Shown piece after piece: positions 7,336 to 16,986 of a stretch of DNA of 16,986 nucleotides (position 1 is the first letter of the stretch; each line of letters begins with the position of its first letter). The notes below the pieces were generated by a model. It was not told where the DNA came from. It worked only from the letters and a program-made list of their open reading frames with translations, and searched no databases. The DNA lies in the NCBI GenBank assembly GCA_044507735.1, contig JBIQJB010000037.1:1-16986 (forward strand), in the 5' to 3' direction. The position numbers and the translations under genes were made by a program. The stretch comes from Nitrosopumilales archaeon. GTDB taxonomy: Archaea; Thermoproteota; Nitrososphaeria; Nitrososphaerales; Nitrososphaeraceae.

Positions 7336-8721
7336 TTACTTGGCCTTGTAGTATTGCTTCACGTGCTTTTCCTTGATCTTGGTCAGCTCGCCCTCTGGCA
7401 GGGTTGAGAGCACCTCCCACGCCCTGCTGAGGGTCTCGTCAAGCGTCCTGTTCTCGTCTGGCGCCTGCTTTAGGAAGTGCTGCTCAAACATGTCGCCTGC
7501 GTCAAGGTATTTCAGGTCGACGCCTGTCAGGCCTGCCCTGCCGACGATTTCTGCGAGGGCCCTTACTTCCTGAGCCCTTGAATAAGCGTCGTAGAGCTGG
7601 TTTCCAACCTCCATGTGGTCGGACCTTGTCTTGCCTTCGCCGACTCCGTCCTTCATCAATCTCGATAGCGACATGAGCACGTTGACCGGCGGGTAGACGC
7701 CCTTTCTGAACAGATCGCGTCCCAGCACGATCTGCCCTTCTGTGATGTATCCGGTAAGGTCAGGAATTGGATGGGTGATGTCGTCTGCCGGCATTGACAG
7801 AATTGGCACCTGAGTCACGCTGCCGTTCTTGCCCTTGATCCTGCCTGCGCGCTCGTAGTTGTTTGCAAGGTCGGTGTATAGGTAACCAGGATATCCTTTT
7901 CTTCCGGGCACCTCTTCCCTGGCCGCGCTGATTTCACGGAGCGCCTCTGCATAGTTGGTCATGTCAGTCAGTATAGCAAGCACGTGCATGCCCAGGTCAA
8001 ATGCGAGGTATTCAGCGACAGTGAGCGCCACTCTGGGCGTGATGATTCTCTCGATTGCAGGGTCGTCTGCGAGGTTGAGGAACAGCACCGAGCGCCTGAG
8101 CGCGCCAGACTCTTCAAGGCTGCGCTTGAAATACTGCGCTTCAGAGTACTGCACACCAATTGCTGCAAACACCACCGCAAAGTCTTCCTTTGTGCCGACT
8201 ACTGTCGCCTGCCTTGCGATCTGTGCTGCCAGGATGTTGTGTGGCATGCCAGAGCCGGAAAAGATCGGCAGCTTCTGTCCCCTTACAAGGGTCAGCATGC
8301 CGTCGATGACTGATACGCCTGTCTGTATGAACGATGTCGGGTACTCGCGCCTCTCAGGGTTCATGGGCTCGCCGTTGACGTCGAGGAACTTGTCTGCGAT
8401 CGGATCTGGCAGACCGTCGTTTGGCCTGCCCAGCCCGTCAAACACCCTGCCGAGCAGTTCTTGCGAAACTGGCATCTCCATCGTCTTGCCGAGGAACTTG
8501 GCCTTTGTGCCTGTGATGGTAAGGCCAGTGGTGCCTTCAAACACCTGCACGATTGCCTTGCCAAAGCCCACCTCGAGGACCTTGCCAAGCCTTCGCTCGC
8601 CCTCTGCTGTCTCGATCTCGACCAGCTCGTCAAAGGACGCCTTGGTGATGCCGTCGATTACCATCAGCGGCCCCTTGATCTCGGCTACCTTGGTGTATTC
8701 TACTCCAGCTGTCTCAGGCAA
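7336..8721 (-). CDS. atpB: A/V-type ATP synthase subunit B
   Basis: [54 protein letters not shown] and SLSRLM. TTG start overlaps atpA by 8 nt, with GGAGG at 8731-8735. Confidence 0.98.
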   Translation of the reverse strand: MPETAGVEYTKVAEIKGPLMVIDGITKASFDELVEIETAEGERRLGKVLEVGFGKAIVQVFEGTTGLTITGTKAKFLGKTMEMPVSQELLGRVFDGLGRPNDGLPDPIADKFLDVNGEPMNPERREYPTSFIQTGVSVIDGMLTLVRGQKLPIFSGSGMPHNILAAQIARQATVVGTKEDFAVVFAAIGVQYSEAQYFKRSLEESGALRRSVLFLNLADDPAIERIITPRVALTVAEYLAFDLGMHVLAILTDMTNYAEALREISAAREEVPGRKGYPGYLYTDLANNYERAGRIKGKNGSVTQVPILSMPADDITHPIPDLTGYITEGQIVLGRDLFRKGVYPPVNVLMSLSRLMKDGVGEGKTRSDHMEVGNQLYDAYSRAQEVRALAEIVGRAGLTGVDLKYLDAGDMFEQHFLKQAPDENRTLDETLSRAWEVLSTLPEGELTKIKEKHVKQYYKAK

Positions 8722-10519
8722 CTACCTTCGCCTCCTCTTCCTTTGCCGCGGAACCGCCTGCGGCGGCCTTGCGGAAACCATCATCTATCTGCTTGTCCAG
8801 CTCGTCCAGTTTGCTCAGCTGTTCTTCAGGAATTTCGAACTTGGCCTTCAGTAGCGCTGGGATGATTGGCATCGCCCTGATGTCTGCAAGCGAAGTGCCT
8901 GCCTTGAGCGCCTTCTGCGCCTCCTTGTAGAACTTGACCATGAGTTTTACCAGCTTGACCTGTTTCTCAGGGCTGCAGTAGGTGTCAACCTTGTCAAACG
9001 AGTTCTGCTGGAGGATGCCGATCTTGACCATACGTGCGACTTCGAGCACCAGCTTCTCCTCGTCTGGCAGCGCTTCGGGACCGAGCAACCTGACGATTTC
9101 CTTGAGGGTGTCTTCTCTCTGCAAGACGTGGTAGGATTCTGCCCTCAGGTCGTACCATTCGCCTGTGACGTTCTCCTTCCACCACTTGCTGACATCTTCA
9201 AGGTATCCAGAGTATGACTGCATCCAGTTGATCGATGGGTAGTGCCTCGAGTATGCAAGCCGGGTGTCAAGCGCCCAGAAGGTCTTGATGAACCTGATGG
9301 TGTGCGTCGTTACTGGCTCGGTAAAGTCAGCGCCTGACGGCGACACAGCGCCTACCAGAGTGACAGAGCCGGCCCTGTCCGGTGATCCGAGTGCCCTTAC
9401 CCTGCCTGCGCGCTCGTAAAATTCTGCGAGCCTTGACGCGAGGTATGACGGGTAGCCTTCCTCTGCAGGCATCTCTTCAAGACGGCCTGACATTTCGCGG
9501 AGCGCCTCTGCCCACCTGCTGGTCGAGTCTGCCACAAGCACAACGTCGTAGCCCATGTCGCGGTAGTACTCTGCCATGGTGACGCCAGTGTAGATGGACG
9601 CTTCCCTTGCAGCCACGGGCATGTTGCTCGTGTTTGCCACAAGAACGGTTCTTTCCATCAGCGGCCTGTTCGAGCGCGGGTCGATAAGGTGCGGGAACTC
9701 TACAAGCACCTCGGTCATCTCGTTGCCGCGTTCGCCGCAGCCAATGTAGACGACCACCTTGCTGTCTGCCCACTTGGCTATCTGGTGCAGCGTAACTGTC
9801 TTGCCGGTGCCAAAGCCGCCGGGGATTGCACCCGTTCCTCCCTTTGCAATCGGGAAGTAGGTGTCGATTACGCGCTGTCCAGTCACAAGCGGTACAGTCG
9901 GGTCATAGCGCTCTGCATATGGCCTTGGCTTGCGTACGGGCCACTTGTGATACATCTTGAGCGGAAACTTGTCGCCGCCCTTCTCTGTGGTTGCGATAAC
10001 GTGTTCAAGGTCGTATTCGCCCTCTCCGGCAATGTCCGTGAGCTTGCCGCCGGGGTGGTCTGGCGGAACCAGTATGCTGTGAGTCAGCAGAGGGGTCTCT
10101 TCAACCGTGCCCAGAATCGAGCCTGGACCCACCTGGTCGCCCTTTTTCGCGCTGGGCTTGAATGTGTATTTCTTTTTCATGTCGACAGGACTTGTTACGA
10201 CGCCCCTGCCGATGAAAGCGCCAGACTTGGCAGCGATTTCATCAAGTGGCCTCTGGATACCGTCATAGATCCTGCCGATAATGCCCGGACCCAGCAGCAC
10301 CGAAAGCGGCTGGCCGGTGCCCACCACGGGCTCGCCGGGCTTGAGGCCAGATGTGGACTCGTATACCTGAATGAATGCAACGTCGCCTGTCAGCCTGATG
10401 ACTTCGCCGATGAGCTTTGAATCGCCCACCTCGACTGTTTCATACATCTTTGCTGCAGACATGCCGTCTGCCTTGACTGCCGGGCCGCTAACCCAGACAA
10501 TTCTGCCTTTTGCTACCAT
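8714..10519 (-). CDS. atpA: A/V-type ATP synthase catalytic subunit A (no intein)
   Basis: Walker [57 protein letters not shown]. 601 aa. Confidence 0.98.
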   Translation of the reverse strand: MVAKGRIVWVSGPAVKADGMSAAKMYETVEVGDSKLIGEVIRLTGDVAFIQVYESTSGLKPGEPVVGTGQPLSVLLGPGIIGRIYDGIQRPLDEIAAKSGAFIGRGVVTSPVDMKKKYTFKPSAKKGDQVGPGSILGTVEETPLLTHSILVPPDHPGGKLTDIAGEGEYDLEHVIATTEKGGDKFPLKMYHKWPVRKPRPYAERYDPTVPLVTGQRVIDTYFPIAKGGTGAIPGGFGTGKTVTLHQIAKWADSKVVVYIGCGERGNEMTEVLVEFPHLIDPRSNRPLMERTVLVANTSNMPVAAREASIYTGVTMAEYYRDMGYDVVLVADSTSRWAEALREMSGRLEEMPAEEGYPSYLASRLAEFYERAGRVRALGSPDRAGSVTLVGAVSPSGADFTEPVTTHTIRFIKTFWALDTRLAYSRHYPSINWMQSYSGYLEDVSKWWKENVTGEWYDLRAESYHVLQREDTLKEIVRLLGPEALPDEEKLVLEVARMVKIGILQQNSFDKVDTYCSPEKQVKLVKLMVKFYKEAQKALKAGTSLADIRAMPIIPALLKAKFEIPEEQLSKLDELDKQIDDGFRKAAAGGSAAKEEEAKVVA

Positions 10520-10526
10520 ATCTATT

Positions 10527-11144
10527 CTACGCCTCTCCTCTCAGCATCTGGGCTATGTTTTTCCTTATTAAAGGTTTGAGTCTTTCAATGCGAGATTCAA
10601 GTGTGTTGTCAAATGTCATCGTGCCGTCTGCAGACTTGACCCTGATCCCGCCCAGCACATCAATGCTGTGGTCAGATACCTTCGCCTTTACCTTTGGGTT
10701 CCTGCTCTGCAGGTCAGCCAATATCTTTCTGACAAGCTCGGCGTCGTTCTTGTTGCATTCGATGACGACCTCGCCCGAGCCGACAGACGAAATGCTCTCC
10801 TCGATGATGTTGCTCATCAGCGCCCTGTAGCTCTCGTTGCTGCCAGAGGCCGACAGCTTTTTCCTAGCCTCTTCGAAGGCTTTGTTAACTGCGTTTTCAA
10901 TAGTCAAAAGTTCCTGGTTGCGGGCGGTAAGCCTGGCAGACCCAACTATCTGGCGCTTCAGGTTCTCGGCCTGCTTTTTTGCAGACTCGATTATCCTTGT
11001 GCGCTCTGCCTCCAGCTTGCCGCGAGAAGCTTCAAGGTTGTTCAACGATTCCTGATACGCAGAATCTATCTTTGAAACTAGTTCTGCTTCTTTTTGTGAC
11101 AAAACCTTGTTTATAGTGCGCTCCAAAGCAGAATTTGAGCTCAT
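10527..11144 (-). CDS. atpE: A/V-type ATP synthase subunit E
   Basis: Long charged N-terminal helix, C-terminal [11 protein letters not shown]...FDNTLESRI, and position directly upstream of atpA. Confidence 0.95.
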   Translation of the reverse strand: MSSNSALERTINKVLSQKEAELVSKIDSAYQESLNNLEASRGKLEAERTRIIESAKKQAENLKRQIVGSARLTARNQELLTIENAVNKAFEEARKKLSASGSNESYRALMSNIIEESISSVGSGEVVIECNKNDAELVRKILADLQSRNPKVKAKVSDHSIDVLGGIRVKSADGTMTFDNTLESRIERLKPLIRKNIAQMLRGEA

Positions 11145-11170
11145 TTGGTGGAATTCGGCCTTCTCACCCG

Positions 11171-11183
11171 ATTTTAACCTTTT
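11171..11183 (-). promoter_or_regulatory. putative BRE/TATA for the atpE-A-B-D unit
   Basis: Minus-strand AAAAGG-TTAAAAT, with the TATA element 27-33 nt upstream of ATG 11144. Confidence 0.55.
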
Positions 11184-11204
11184 GATACAGCAGCGCGCGC
11201 AGGC

Positions 11205-11759
11205 TCATGTTGTTGCTGATGACGATGATGATCTTGTTGTTGTTGTTGCTGCCGCGCCGAGCTCTCTGTCCACTCTCTTTGCAAGCGCCCTTATGCGCCT
11301 CAGGTGGCCCCCCTCCCAGTAGACTTTGCCGCAGCTGGTGCACTGGAAAAATTTGCTCCAAAGCTCGGCGATCCTCTCGCCGGGAAGAGAGTCTCTGACC
11401 TGCTCCGGCGTCCTTGCTTCCAAGGGCCCGTTGCACACGGAGCACCGGGAGCCAATGCCGGCAGGGCCCACTGAGGTGATCCCGTTTTTTGCCAGGATGT
11501 GAACAAGGTCTTTCACGTCGTCACCTCCTGCCCCGCCGTCGACGAGCACCCCGCCGGCTCCTGCCTTGACCGCTCGCCTGAACAGGTCCCTGTCTGCAGT
11601 AAGGATAACCCTGTTCTGTTCAATTCCTATTTTCAAAATTTCGTCGTCTGATGCGTGCGCGACATACAGGGTGTCAAACCCAAAAATGCGGAGCTTGCGC
11701 GCCACGCTCCCAAGCATTGCGTCTGCGATAAATTTAGGAGCTTTCCGACCCGCCGTCAG
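11205..11759 (-). CDS. Mut7-C RNase (PIN-like, DUF82) domain protein; start uncertain (CTG 11759 or ATG 11807)
   Basis: KFIADAMLGSVARKLRIFGFDT, RVILTADRDL, SRCSVCNGPL, FQCTSCGKVYWEGGH. Confidence 0.9.
   Translation of the reverse strand: MTAGRKAPKFIADAMLGSVARKLRIFGFDTLYVAHASDDEILKIGIEQNRVILTADRDLFRRAVKAGAGGVLVDGGAGGDDVKDLVHILAKNGITSVGPAGIGSRCSVCNGPLEARTPEQVRDSLPGERIAELWSKFFQCTSCGKVYWEGGHLRRIRALAKRVDRELGAAATTTTRSSSSSATT
11208..11256. repeat. imperfect trinucleotide microsatellite (GTT/GAT/GCT)
   Basis: tgttgttgctgatgacgatgatgatcttgttgttgttgttgctgccgc; encodes the AAATTTTRSSSSSATT tail of Mut7-C. Confidence 0.6.
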
Positions 11760-12345
11760 AAGAAGACTCGCCCCTGCACACTTCGCAGATAAATGTGCCC
11801 TCGTCATGCTGCAGGAGATCGGACCACTCGCCGCACTCGTCGCAATAGCCGGAGATGTTGCCAGGAGTTCTGGTGATGCCAAGCTCGCCCCTTACAATTG
11901 CCGCCTTTTCAGACACGACGTCGACGAGGTCTGGCGTGACCGCTATGACGTCTGAAGAAGAGATGATCCCGACAAGCCTGTTCTTGTAGACTACGCCAAG
12001 GCGCTTGATGTTGTGCTTTCTCAGCTGGCGCGCGGCCTCGGTGATGCTCTCCTCGCTTTCGATCGTGTGGATCTGCTGCATCACGTCCTTTGCCTTTATT
12101 GTGCCGGGCTTGGCGTCCTTTATCACGCCGTTTGAAACAATGTCCCAGTCAGTCACGATCCCGACAGGTTTGTCCTTGTCCATCACGACAATGCTGCCTA
12201 TCTTTTCTTCCTTCATCTTTTTCGCAATGTCGAGGATGGTGTCATCGGGAGAAGCAGAGACTACGGGGCTGTTCATGATGTCCCGTACGAGCACACGTGT
12301 CGTCATGTTTGCGTCGGCGTGCTGTCTGACTGGCTTTTTTACCAC
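11734..12345 (-). CDS. CBS-domain pair protein with C-terminal zinc ribbon
   Basis: VRDIMNSPVVS, KIGSIVV..PVGIVTDWDI, IKRLGV..LVGIISSSDV, then GYCDECG...FICEVC. Start is GTG 12345 or ATG 12306. Confidence 0.92.
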   Translation of the reverse strand: MVKKPVRQHADANMTTRVLVRDIMNSPVVSASPDDTILDIAKKMKEEKIGSIVVMDKDKPVGIVTDWDIVSNGVIKDAKPGTIKAKDVMQQIHTIESEESITEAARQLRKHNIKRLGVVYKNRLVGIISSSDVIAVTPDLVDVVSEKAAIVRGELGITRTPGNISGYCDECGEWSDLLQHDEGTFICEVCRGESSSDGGSESS

Positions 12346-12371
12346 AAAGACTAGTCGTGTTCTCTCTTTAA

Positions 12372-14330
12372 TTACTTATCTGTCTGTCCCCTTGCAGAGA
12401 AAGAGATCCTTGACTGCCCTGTCGGGAGCGCCCTTACAAAGTCGTCAAGGCTGATTCGCTTGATCGTCTCTGCGATCTCGCTCTCCCCGCCGGCCAGCTT
12501 TACAAATTCAGATTTTACTTTCTTTGCCGCATCCATGGGGTCCATGCCTCCTTGCTGGAGCACGGCGTAGTAAAGCGCCCTCTTTTTTATCGACTCTTCT
12601 GGCCCGCACACAAGGGTCTCCCTTCCGTCCAGTCGAACGACCCCTATCGCAAGCCTGATCTCTACTCCCTTTAGGTAGCTGCGCTTGCCTTCTATTACAA
12701 ACGAGCCCTTTGGCAGGAACTGGCCGGTCGGCGCGCCCTTTTTCACCTGCTCGGGCATGACCCAGTAGGCGTCGGCGCTGGATAGCCCATCCTTCCACGC
12801 CCGGCTGAATGCAACGGTGGCCTTTGCCACCTCGAGAAGCGACTGGTCGATCTTACCCTCCTGTGCGGGGGCCGCTGCATTCTTGACAATAAAGAACGGA
12901 GAGCCGTGCACTTCGGCATGGAACACAATGTCGTGCTCTGTAAGGTGCTTGCGTATCAGGGCCGAGTTTGAGGAGGCATCGCGGCCGCCTATGGCCAGAA
13001 GACCCTCGGTGGTGATGAACCACCTGTAGCGCTCGTACCACTCTTTTGGGGCCTGCTCCTTTACCACCACCTTCTTGTGGATTGCGGCAGTCTGGCTGCG
13101 CAATTTTTCGATCTGCGCCAGCAACTTGCTGCGCGCCTCCTCTATCGACGCGTTTCCACGCTCCATCTCCTTTGCCCTTCCATACAGCATCGAGCTTACC
13201 TTCGCAAGGCTCGGGTGCATCTCCACCCGCTCGCCGGCCACCTCGATGTATTTCACGCCCTTATCCTTCACCATCGATGCCGAGTTGGCCGCGAGGACGT
13301 CGTGGATCTTGGCGTCGTCCGGGTTCTGGTACGACAGGGCCATCAGCTGGTCTGCAAGCCTTCGGATAGAAGCCGATTTTTGCATCACCGCCTCCTTTGC
13401 CTTGTTCTGCTCTTCAAGATCGTGCTCGAGCACCGCGATCTGCCTGTCCAGTTCGACGGTCTTGCTGCTGCGGCCGATGTCGAGGATCTCTGTGCTGAGC
13501 ACTTCGTCGACTGCGTCCATATATGATGGCACTTTCTTGATGTTCATTTTCGCAGCCTCGTCTGTGACTATCGGGAGCGCCTCGATGGGCTTTTCCCCGG
13601 ACATGATTACCACCGGTTCGTGGTTCCTGCCAGTGCTGACATCTTCGACGAGGCTCTTGACGGTGGAATAGATCTTTTCAACCTCCTCGTCGGACAGATG
13701 CCCTGCAAGCTTATCCCTGACGCCTGCGCGCTTGGCCACCTCCTCCACAAACTTTTTGGGCATCGAGATGCTGCGGCCGATCCACCGAAGGACATCGAGG
13801 TTCTTTGACTCGCTTCGCAGCGACAGCATCTGATCAAGCGTCACTTCGAAAACGTCGACCCCCCTTGCCGGCGGGTATGCATAGCGCAGGCCGACGTTGA
13901 GAGTCCTGTGCCGGACTTCGATCGGGTTGAGGATGGCAATTATCTGCATGTTCTCGTCGCATATCGCGATGTTGCCGTCGCCAAAGAACTCGCAGACGGC
14001 GACCCTCACTTTTCCGTCAGGGTGCCTGAATTTTATCGAGACAATGCGCTCGCTCCCGGCCTGCTCCATCGACTCTATCTTGGCGCGCTCGATCTCTTTC
14101 TGGGCAATGCCCTCAATCTTGTTCTCCTCGACTGGCTTGAACTTGAGCCTTGTTATCCAGATTCCCCTCACAGATACCACAAGCATGATGTCTTCCTGTG
14201 TGGGGTGGTGTAGCCTGAGGAGAAGCGAGCTCTTTGTGATGGCGTTGACTCCGCTCACGTAATACCCGGAGGTGACCCTGCTCCTGATCTCATTGACAAG
14301 GTATCTCAACTCGATGCCGGAGAGCTCCAT
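12372..14330 (-). CDS. rqcH: Rqc2/RqcH/NEMF homologue (NFACT family, ribosome quality control)
   Basis: NFACT-N (ERIV...CEFFGDGNI), coiled coil, and NFACT-R/C motifs WYERYRWF, IGGRDASSN, FHAEVHGSP, FSRAW, QVKKGAPTGQFLPKGSFVIEGKRSY. Confidence 0.93.
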   Translation of the reverse strand: MELSGIELRYLVNEIRSRVTSGYYVSGVNAITKSSLLLRLHHPTQEDIMLVVSVRGIWITRLKFKPVEENKIEGIAQKEIERAKIESMEQAGSERIVSIKFRHPDGKVRVAVCEFFGDGNIAICDENMQIIAILNPIEVRHRTLNVGLRYAYPPARGVDVFEVTLDQMLSLRSESKNLDVLRWIGRSISMPKKFVEEVAKRAGVRDKLAGHLSDEEVEKIYSTVKSLVEDVSTGRNHEPVVIMSGEKPIEALPIVTDEAAKMNIKKVPSYMDAVDEVLSTEILDIGRSSKTVELDRQIAVLEHDLEEQNKAKEAVMQKSASIRRLADQLMALSYQNPDDAKIHDVLAANSASMVKDKGVKYIEVAGERVEMHPSLAKVSSMLYGRAKEMERGNASIEEARSKLLAQIEKLRSQTAAIHKKVVVKEQAPKEWYERYRWFITTEGLLAIGGRDASSNSALIRKHLTEHDIVFHAEVHGSPFFIVKNAAAPAQEGKIDQSLLEVAKATVAFSRAWKDGLSSADAYWVMPEQVKKGAPTGQFLPKGSFVIEGKRSYLKGVEIRLAIGVVRLDGRETLVCGPEESIKKRALYYAVLQQGGMDPMDAAKKVKSEFVKLAGGESEIAETIKRISLDDFVRALPTGQSRISFSARGQTDK

Positions 14331-14356
14331 GCTTTACGAGTGTGATTCTTCGCAAA

Positions 14357-14363
14357 TATTAAA
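14357..14363 (-). promoter_or_regulatory. putative TATA box for the Rqc2 homologue
   Basis: Minus-strand TTTAATA 27-33 nt upstream of ATG 14330. Confidence 0.5.
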
Positions 14364-14577
14364 CAATGGGGCTCTGCGATATCGCCGGCGCTGCCGCACC
14401 TGATCGAACAACTATTAGCGTCAGCTGAAATTAACCGTGCGTTGTCGCAATGACGCGAATCCACACACGTATTGCAAACTCGTCGCCGCTAAGCATTGAG
14501 CCCAAAATAGCTGATCTGACTCGACATCCGATCCATGAGCATGCTTCTATCGCCTTGCCTAACACACGGTGAAATTT

Positions 14578-14991
14578 TCATCTAGACCAGTTAAATTCGT
14601 CAGAAAAGATATTCACAAACTGAGAGCTGTACTTAAAGCCCCCGCTGCCATTTTTCATATCCTCTGCATACTTTAGCTGCGCCTTGCAGCCTTTTTGAGT
14701 AAATTGCATGTTGATCCAAGACAGAAACTTTTCGCTTCTTGATCGGGCCTTGGTGTTCTCTATCTGGTAGGAATTATTATCATACAGTTCTTGCGCCATT
14801 TCCAACGATAAGAACAACTTTGCCATTGACCACCCCATCGACAACGGCTTGGCGTTGCCCAGTTCGAATGATCCCAGTGGAAGATTGAATGCTTTTTCAG
14901 CTTCGGCCAAAACATCATGTGTGATCTTGACGTCGTTGTCAGGGTCCGTAGTTTGAAAGTCGAGTATTATGTCGCCTATGATATTGGCCAA
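14578..14991 (-). CDS. hypothetical soluble protein (137 aa)
   Basis: Only long ORF in the interval, TTG start, globular-protein composition. No family recognised. Confidence 0.7.
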   Translation of the reverse strand: MANIIGDIILDFQTTDPDNDVKITHDVLAEAEKAFNLPLGSFELGNAKPLSMGWSMAKLFLSLEMAQELYDNNSYQIENTKARSRSEKFLSWINMQFTQKGCKAQLKYAEDMKNGSGGFKYSSQFVNIFSDEFNWSR

Positions 14992-15142
14992 TCACACAAT
15001 GCTAATTGCCTGTCGAATATTATCCTTGTACCATTCTTACCATCACCGGGCGCTTGACAGTCGCGGCAGTGACCTGAGGATTGGACATAACACACGACCG
15101 CAAGGCATTTTACCGGCTGTAATTTAACCAAAAAAAGACAAC

Positions 15143-15454
15143 TTGGACGCATTTGAAAGGGTCTACTACATGCGTGCTCTGCTCGGAGTAATCGCTGGAA
15201 TCATTACGGCCTTTCTAGTACCGTTTGACCCATCAGGCCAGCTGGATCAGGGCACATCGGTAGGCATCGCCATCGGAATGGCAATTGTGTTCTATTTCAT
15301 CTCCCTCGGGATCGGGAAGGGAATCGCCAAGAACATTCCAAAGGACAAGCGCAGAAAGGTGGCGACAGAGGGCATCATGCCATTCATCTTCCTGCTCCTG
15401 GCATTCATGATAATAGTCTATACCGCGCTGCACCAGTCGGTAGTTCTAAGCTAA
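15143..15454 (+). CDS. 3-TM membrane protein, EMC6/Rab5ip-like
   Basis: Three hydrophobic segments. Pattern VYYMRALLGVIAGI...FYFIS...[basic loop]...GIMPFIF...IVYTALH resembles EMC6-family proteins. Confidence 0.65.
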   Translation: MDAFERVYYMRALLGVIAGIITAFLVPFDPSGQLDQGTSVGIAIGMAIVFYFISLGIGKGIAKNIPKDKRRKVATEGIMPFIFLLLAFMIIVYTALHQSVVLS

Positions 15455-15477
15455 AGAATATCGGGATCTGTTAACAT

Positions 15478-16101
15478 ATGGAGAGCGAGAAACAATTGTG
15501 GCCGTATCGCACTCCCGGGATCCCAGACGAGCTTTTCGACAGGACAGAAGACGTCCCCATAACAAAGGAGGACATCAGGGCAATAGCTATTAGCAAGCTT
15601 CGTCTGAAGGAGGGCCACTCTGCCATAGATGTTGGTTGCGGCAGCGGGAGCATCACAGTTGAGATTTGCTTGCAGACGGCGGCGACATCGGGAGGAGGAG
15701 CAGGGGGCACAGTATATGCAATCGATTTTGACAACAACGCCGTCGAGCTGACCAAGAAGAACCTCCAAAAGTTTGGCGCAAAGGCAGAGGTCATTTTGGG
15801 TAAGGCGCAGGACGTACTGCAAAGTCTACCGCAGGTGGATGCGGTAATGGTTGGCGGCACGTGGGGGGACACGCGCCAGGTAATCGAACTTGCAGCAGGC
15901 AGGTTGAAAAAGGGAGGCAGAATAGTCATCGACACAATACTGATTGAAACGATGTATCAGGCTCTGACCGCGATAAACGATCTAAAGCTCTCGGAGGTCG
16001 ATATCACGCAGGTGACGATAGCAAAGGCACGCAAGGTCACGACGGGCACAATGATGCTTGCAAGAAACCCCGTGATGATAATATCTGCCACTAGAGCCTA
16101 G
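15478..16101 (+). CDS. cbiT: cobalt-precorrin-6B (C15)-methyltransferase, decarboxylating
   Basis: PGIPDELF..., [12 protein letters not shown] motif [27 protein letters not shown]. Confidence 0.93.
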   Translation: MESEKQLWPYRTPGIPDELFDRTEDVPITKEDIRAIAISKLRLKEGHSAIDVGCGSGSITVEICLQTAATSGGGAGGTVYAIDFDNNAVELTKKNLQKFGAKAEVILGKAQDVLQSLPQVDAVMVGGTWGDTRQVIELAAGRLKKGGRIVIDTILIETMYQALTAINDLKLSEVDITQVTIAKARKVTTGTMMLARNPVMIISATRA

Positions 16102-16966
16102 CAATTGCGGTGTCAAGATATTCCTTGTCTATTTCAAAGCCTACAAAAGAGACTCCAAGTCTCATTGCCGCGACAGCAGTAGAGCCGATTCCTGTAAAAG
16201 GATCTACCACCAGCCTTGCCTTGCCATGTAGCTGTATGCACATCTCTGGCAACTTGACTGGAAAGGTTGCAGGGTGCGGTCGCTCGCTCTTGCGCTGAAT
16301 TGTTTCATACGGTATGAACCATGTGTTGCCCCTGTCGCGCCGGTCCTCTTTTGCCGATTTCCACCTGCCAATGTTCGTCTTGTCCTGATACGGTATCCCA
16401 GTAGCCAACTTGTCGAGGTGCACGTCGCCTGTTTTTGTAAAGTGGAAAATGTATTCATGGCAGTCGTTTAGGAACCTGTTGCTCACTATGGGCTTGAAGT
16501 GGCCAACGGCGATGTCTCCCACGATGTTTGGATAGTTGCCAACGTCGGCCTTGGGTATCGCTATCGATTTGACCCAGTGGATTACATTTTGCAGCACAAA
16601 ATGCTTCCTCAGCACTGATGCAACATCCCATGCGATCCACTGGTCCTTTGGCTTGTTGCCGATGTTGAGAAAGAACGAGCCGTCGTCTGCAAGGGCGCGC
16701 TTTACAGAGATGCCGACCTCCTCCATCCATGCAAGGTACTTTTCCCTTGGCATGGCATCATTGTAGGAATTATACCCAATGCCTATGTTATATGGAGGCG
16801 ACGTAACGATTACGTCAACCGATTTTTCACTGACATTTTCATTCAGGCCAGTCACGCAATCCTTCAGGTAAAAGGTGGCAGAGCAAGAACCGCTGCCCTC
16901 TTTTCGTACTACCCTGTAAGGCGCGTCCTGATTTTGCAACAAAGAGAAAAGCTTGCAGCCCAGCAT
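16091..16966 (-). CDS. site-specific DNA methyltransferase, beta class (probable N4-cytosine)
   Basis: Motif IV TSPPY precedes HPATFP and motif [10 protein letters not shown], the beta-class order. The start may be TTG 16942/16939 instead. The 3' end overlaps cbiT by 11 nt. Confidence 0.92.
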   Translation of the reverse strand: MLGCKLFSLLQNQDAPYRVVRKEGSGSCSATFYLKDCVTGLNENVSEKSVDVIVTSPPYNIGIGYNSYNDAMPREKYLAWMEEVGISVKRALADDGSFFLNIGNKPKDQWIAWDVASVLRKHFVLQNVIHWVKSIAIPKADVGNYPNIVGDIAVGHFKPIVSNRFLNDCHEYIFHFTKTGDVHLDKLATGIPYQDKTNIGRWKSAKEDRRDRGNTWFIPYETIQRKSERPHPATFPVKLPEMCIQLHGKARLVVDPFTGIGSTAVAAMRLGVSFVGFEIDKEYLDTAIARL

Positions 16967-16986
16967 TTATCCTTTGCATTTCTCGT

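Noticed and set aside
7955-10420. Long antisense ORFs (7955-8854, 9689-10420) opposite atpB/atpA
   Set aside because: Expected shadows of GC3-biased, highly conserved genes; no protein motifs.
8714-10519. Possible intein in AtpA
   Set aside because: Length is 601 aa and the sequence after GKT is continuous; there is no insertion.
11760-11882. N-terminal extension of the 225-aa Mut7-C ORF from 11882
   Set aside because: Low-complexity alternate-frame reading of the CBS gene; similarity to Mut7-C begins only near 11740.
14365-14577. About 210-nt intergenic region as a possible ncRNA or tRNA (GGGCTC...GAGCCC ends)
   Set aside because: Only a 6-bp complementarity, with no cloverleaf, T-loop or convincing ORF found by eye.

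Overview
Thaumarchaeal (Nitrososphaera-like ammonia-oxidising archaeon; inferred from gene content, protein sequences and TATA-type promoters) chromosomal window. Its core is a minus-strand A-type (A1Ao) ATP synthase cluster, atpE-A-B-D-[unannotated 44-aa ORF]-[cysteine-synthase/rhodanese fusion]-atpK-atpI. Upstream on the same strand lie Rqc2/NFACT, a CBS+Zn-ribbon protein and a Mut7-C RNase. The left end holds a degenerate IS200/IS605 element (tnpA plus end hairpin) that appears to truncate a membrane-anchored protein gene, a second membrane-anchored hypothetical gene and an unannotated 51-aa zinc-finger microprotein. The right end holds a hypothetical gene, an EMC6-like membrane protein, cbiT and a convergent beta-class (probable m4C) DNA methyltransferase. 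All calls are by motif recognition only; no database searches were run.
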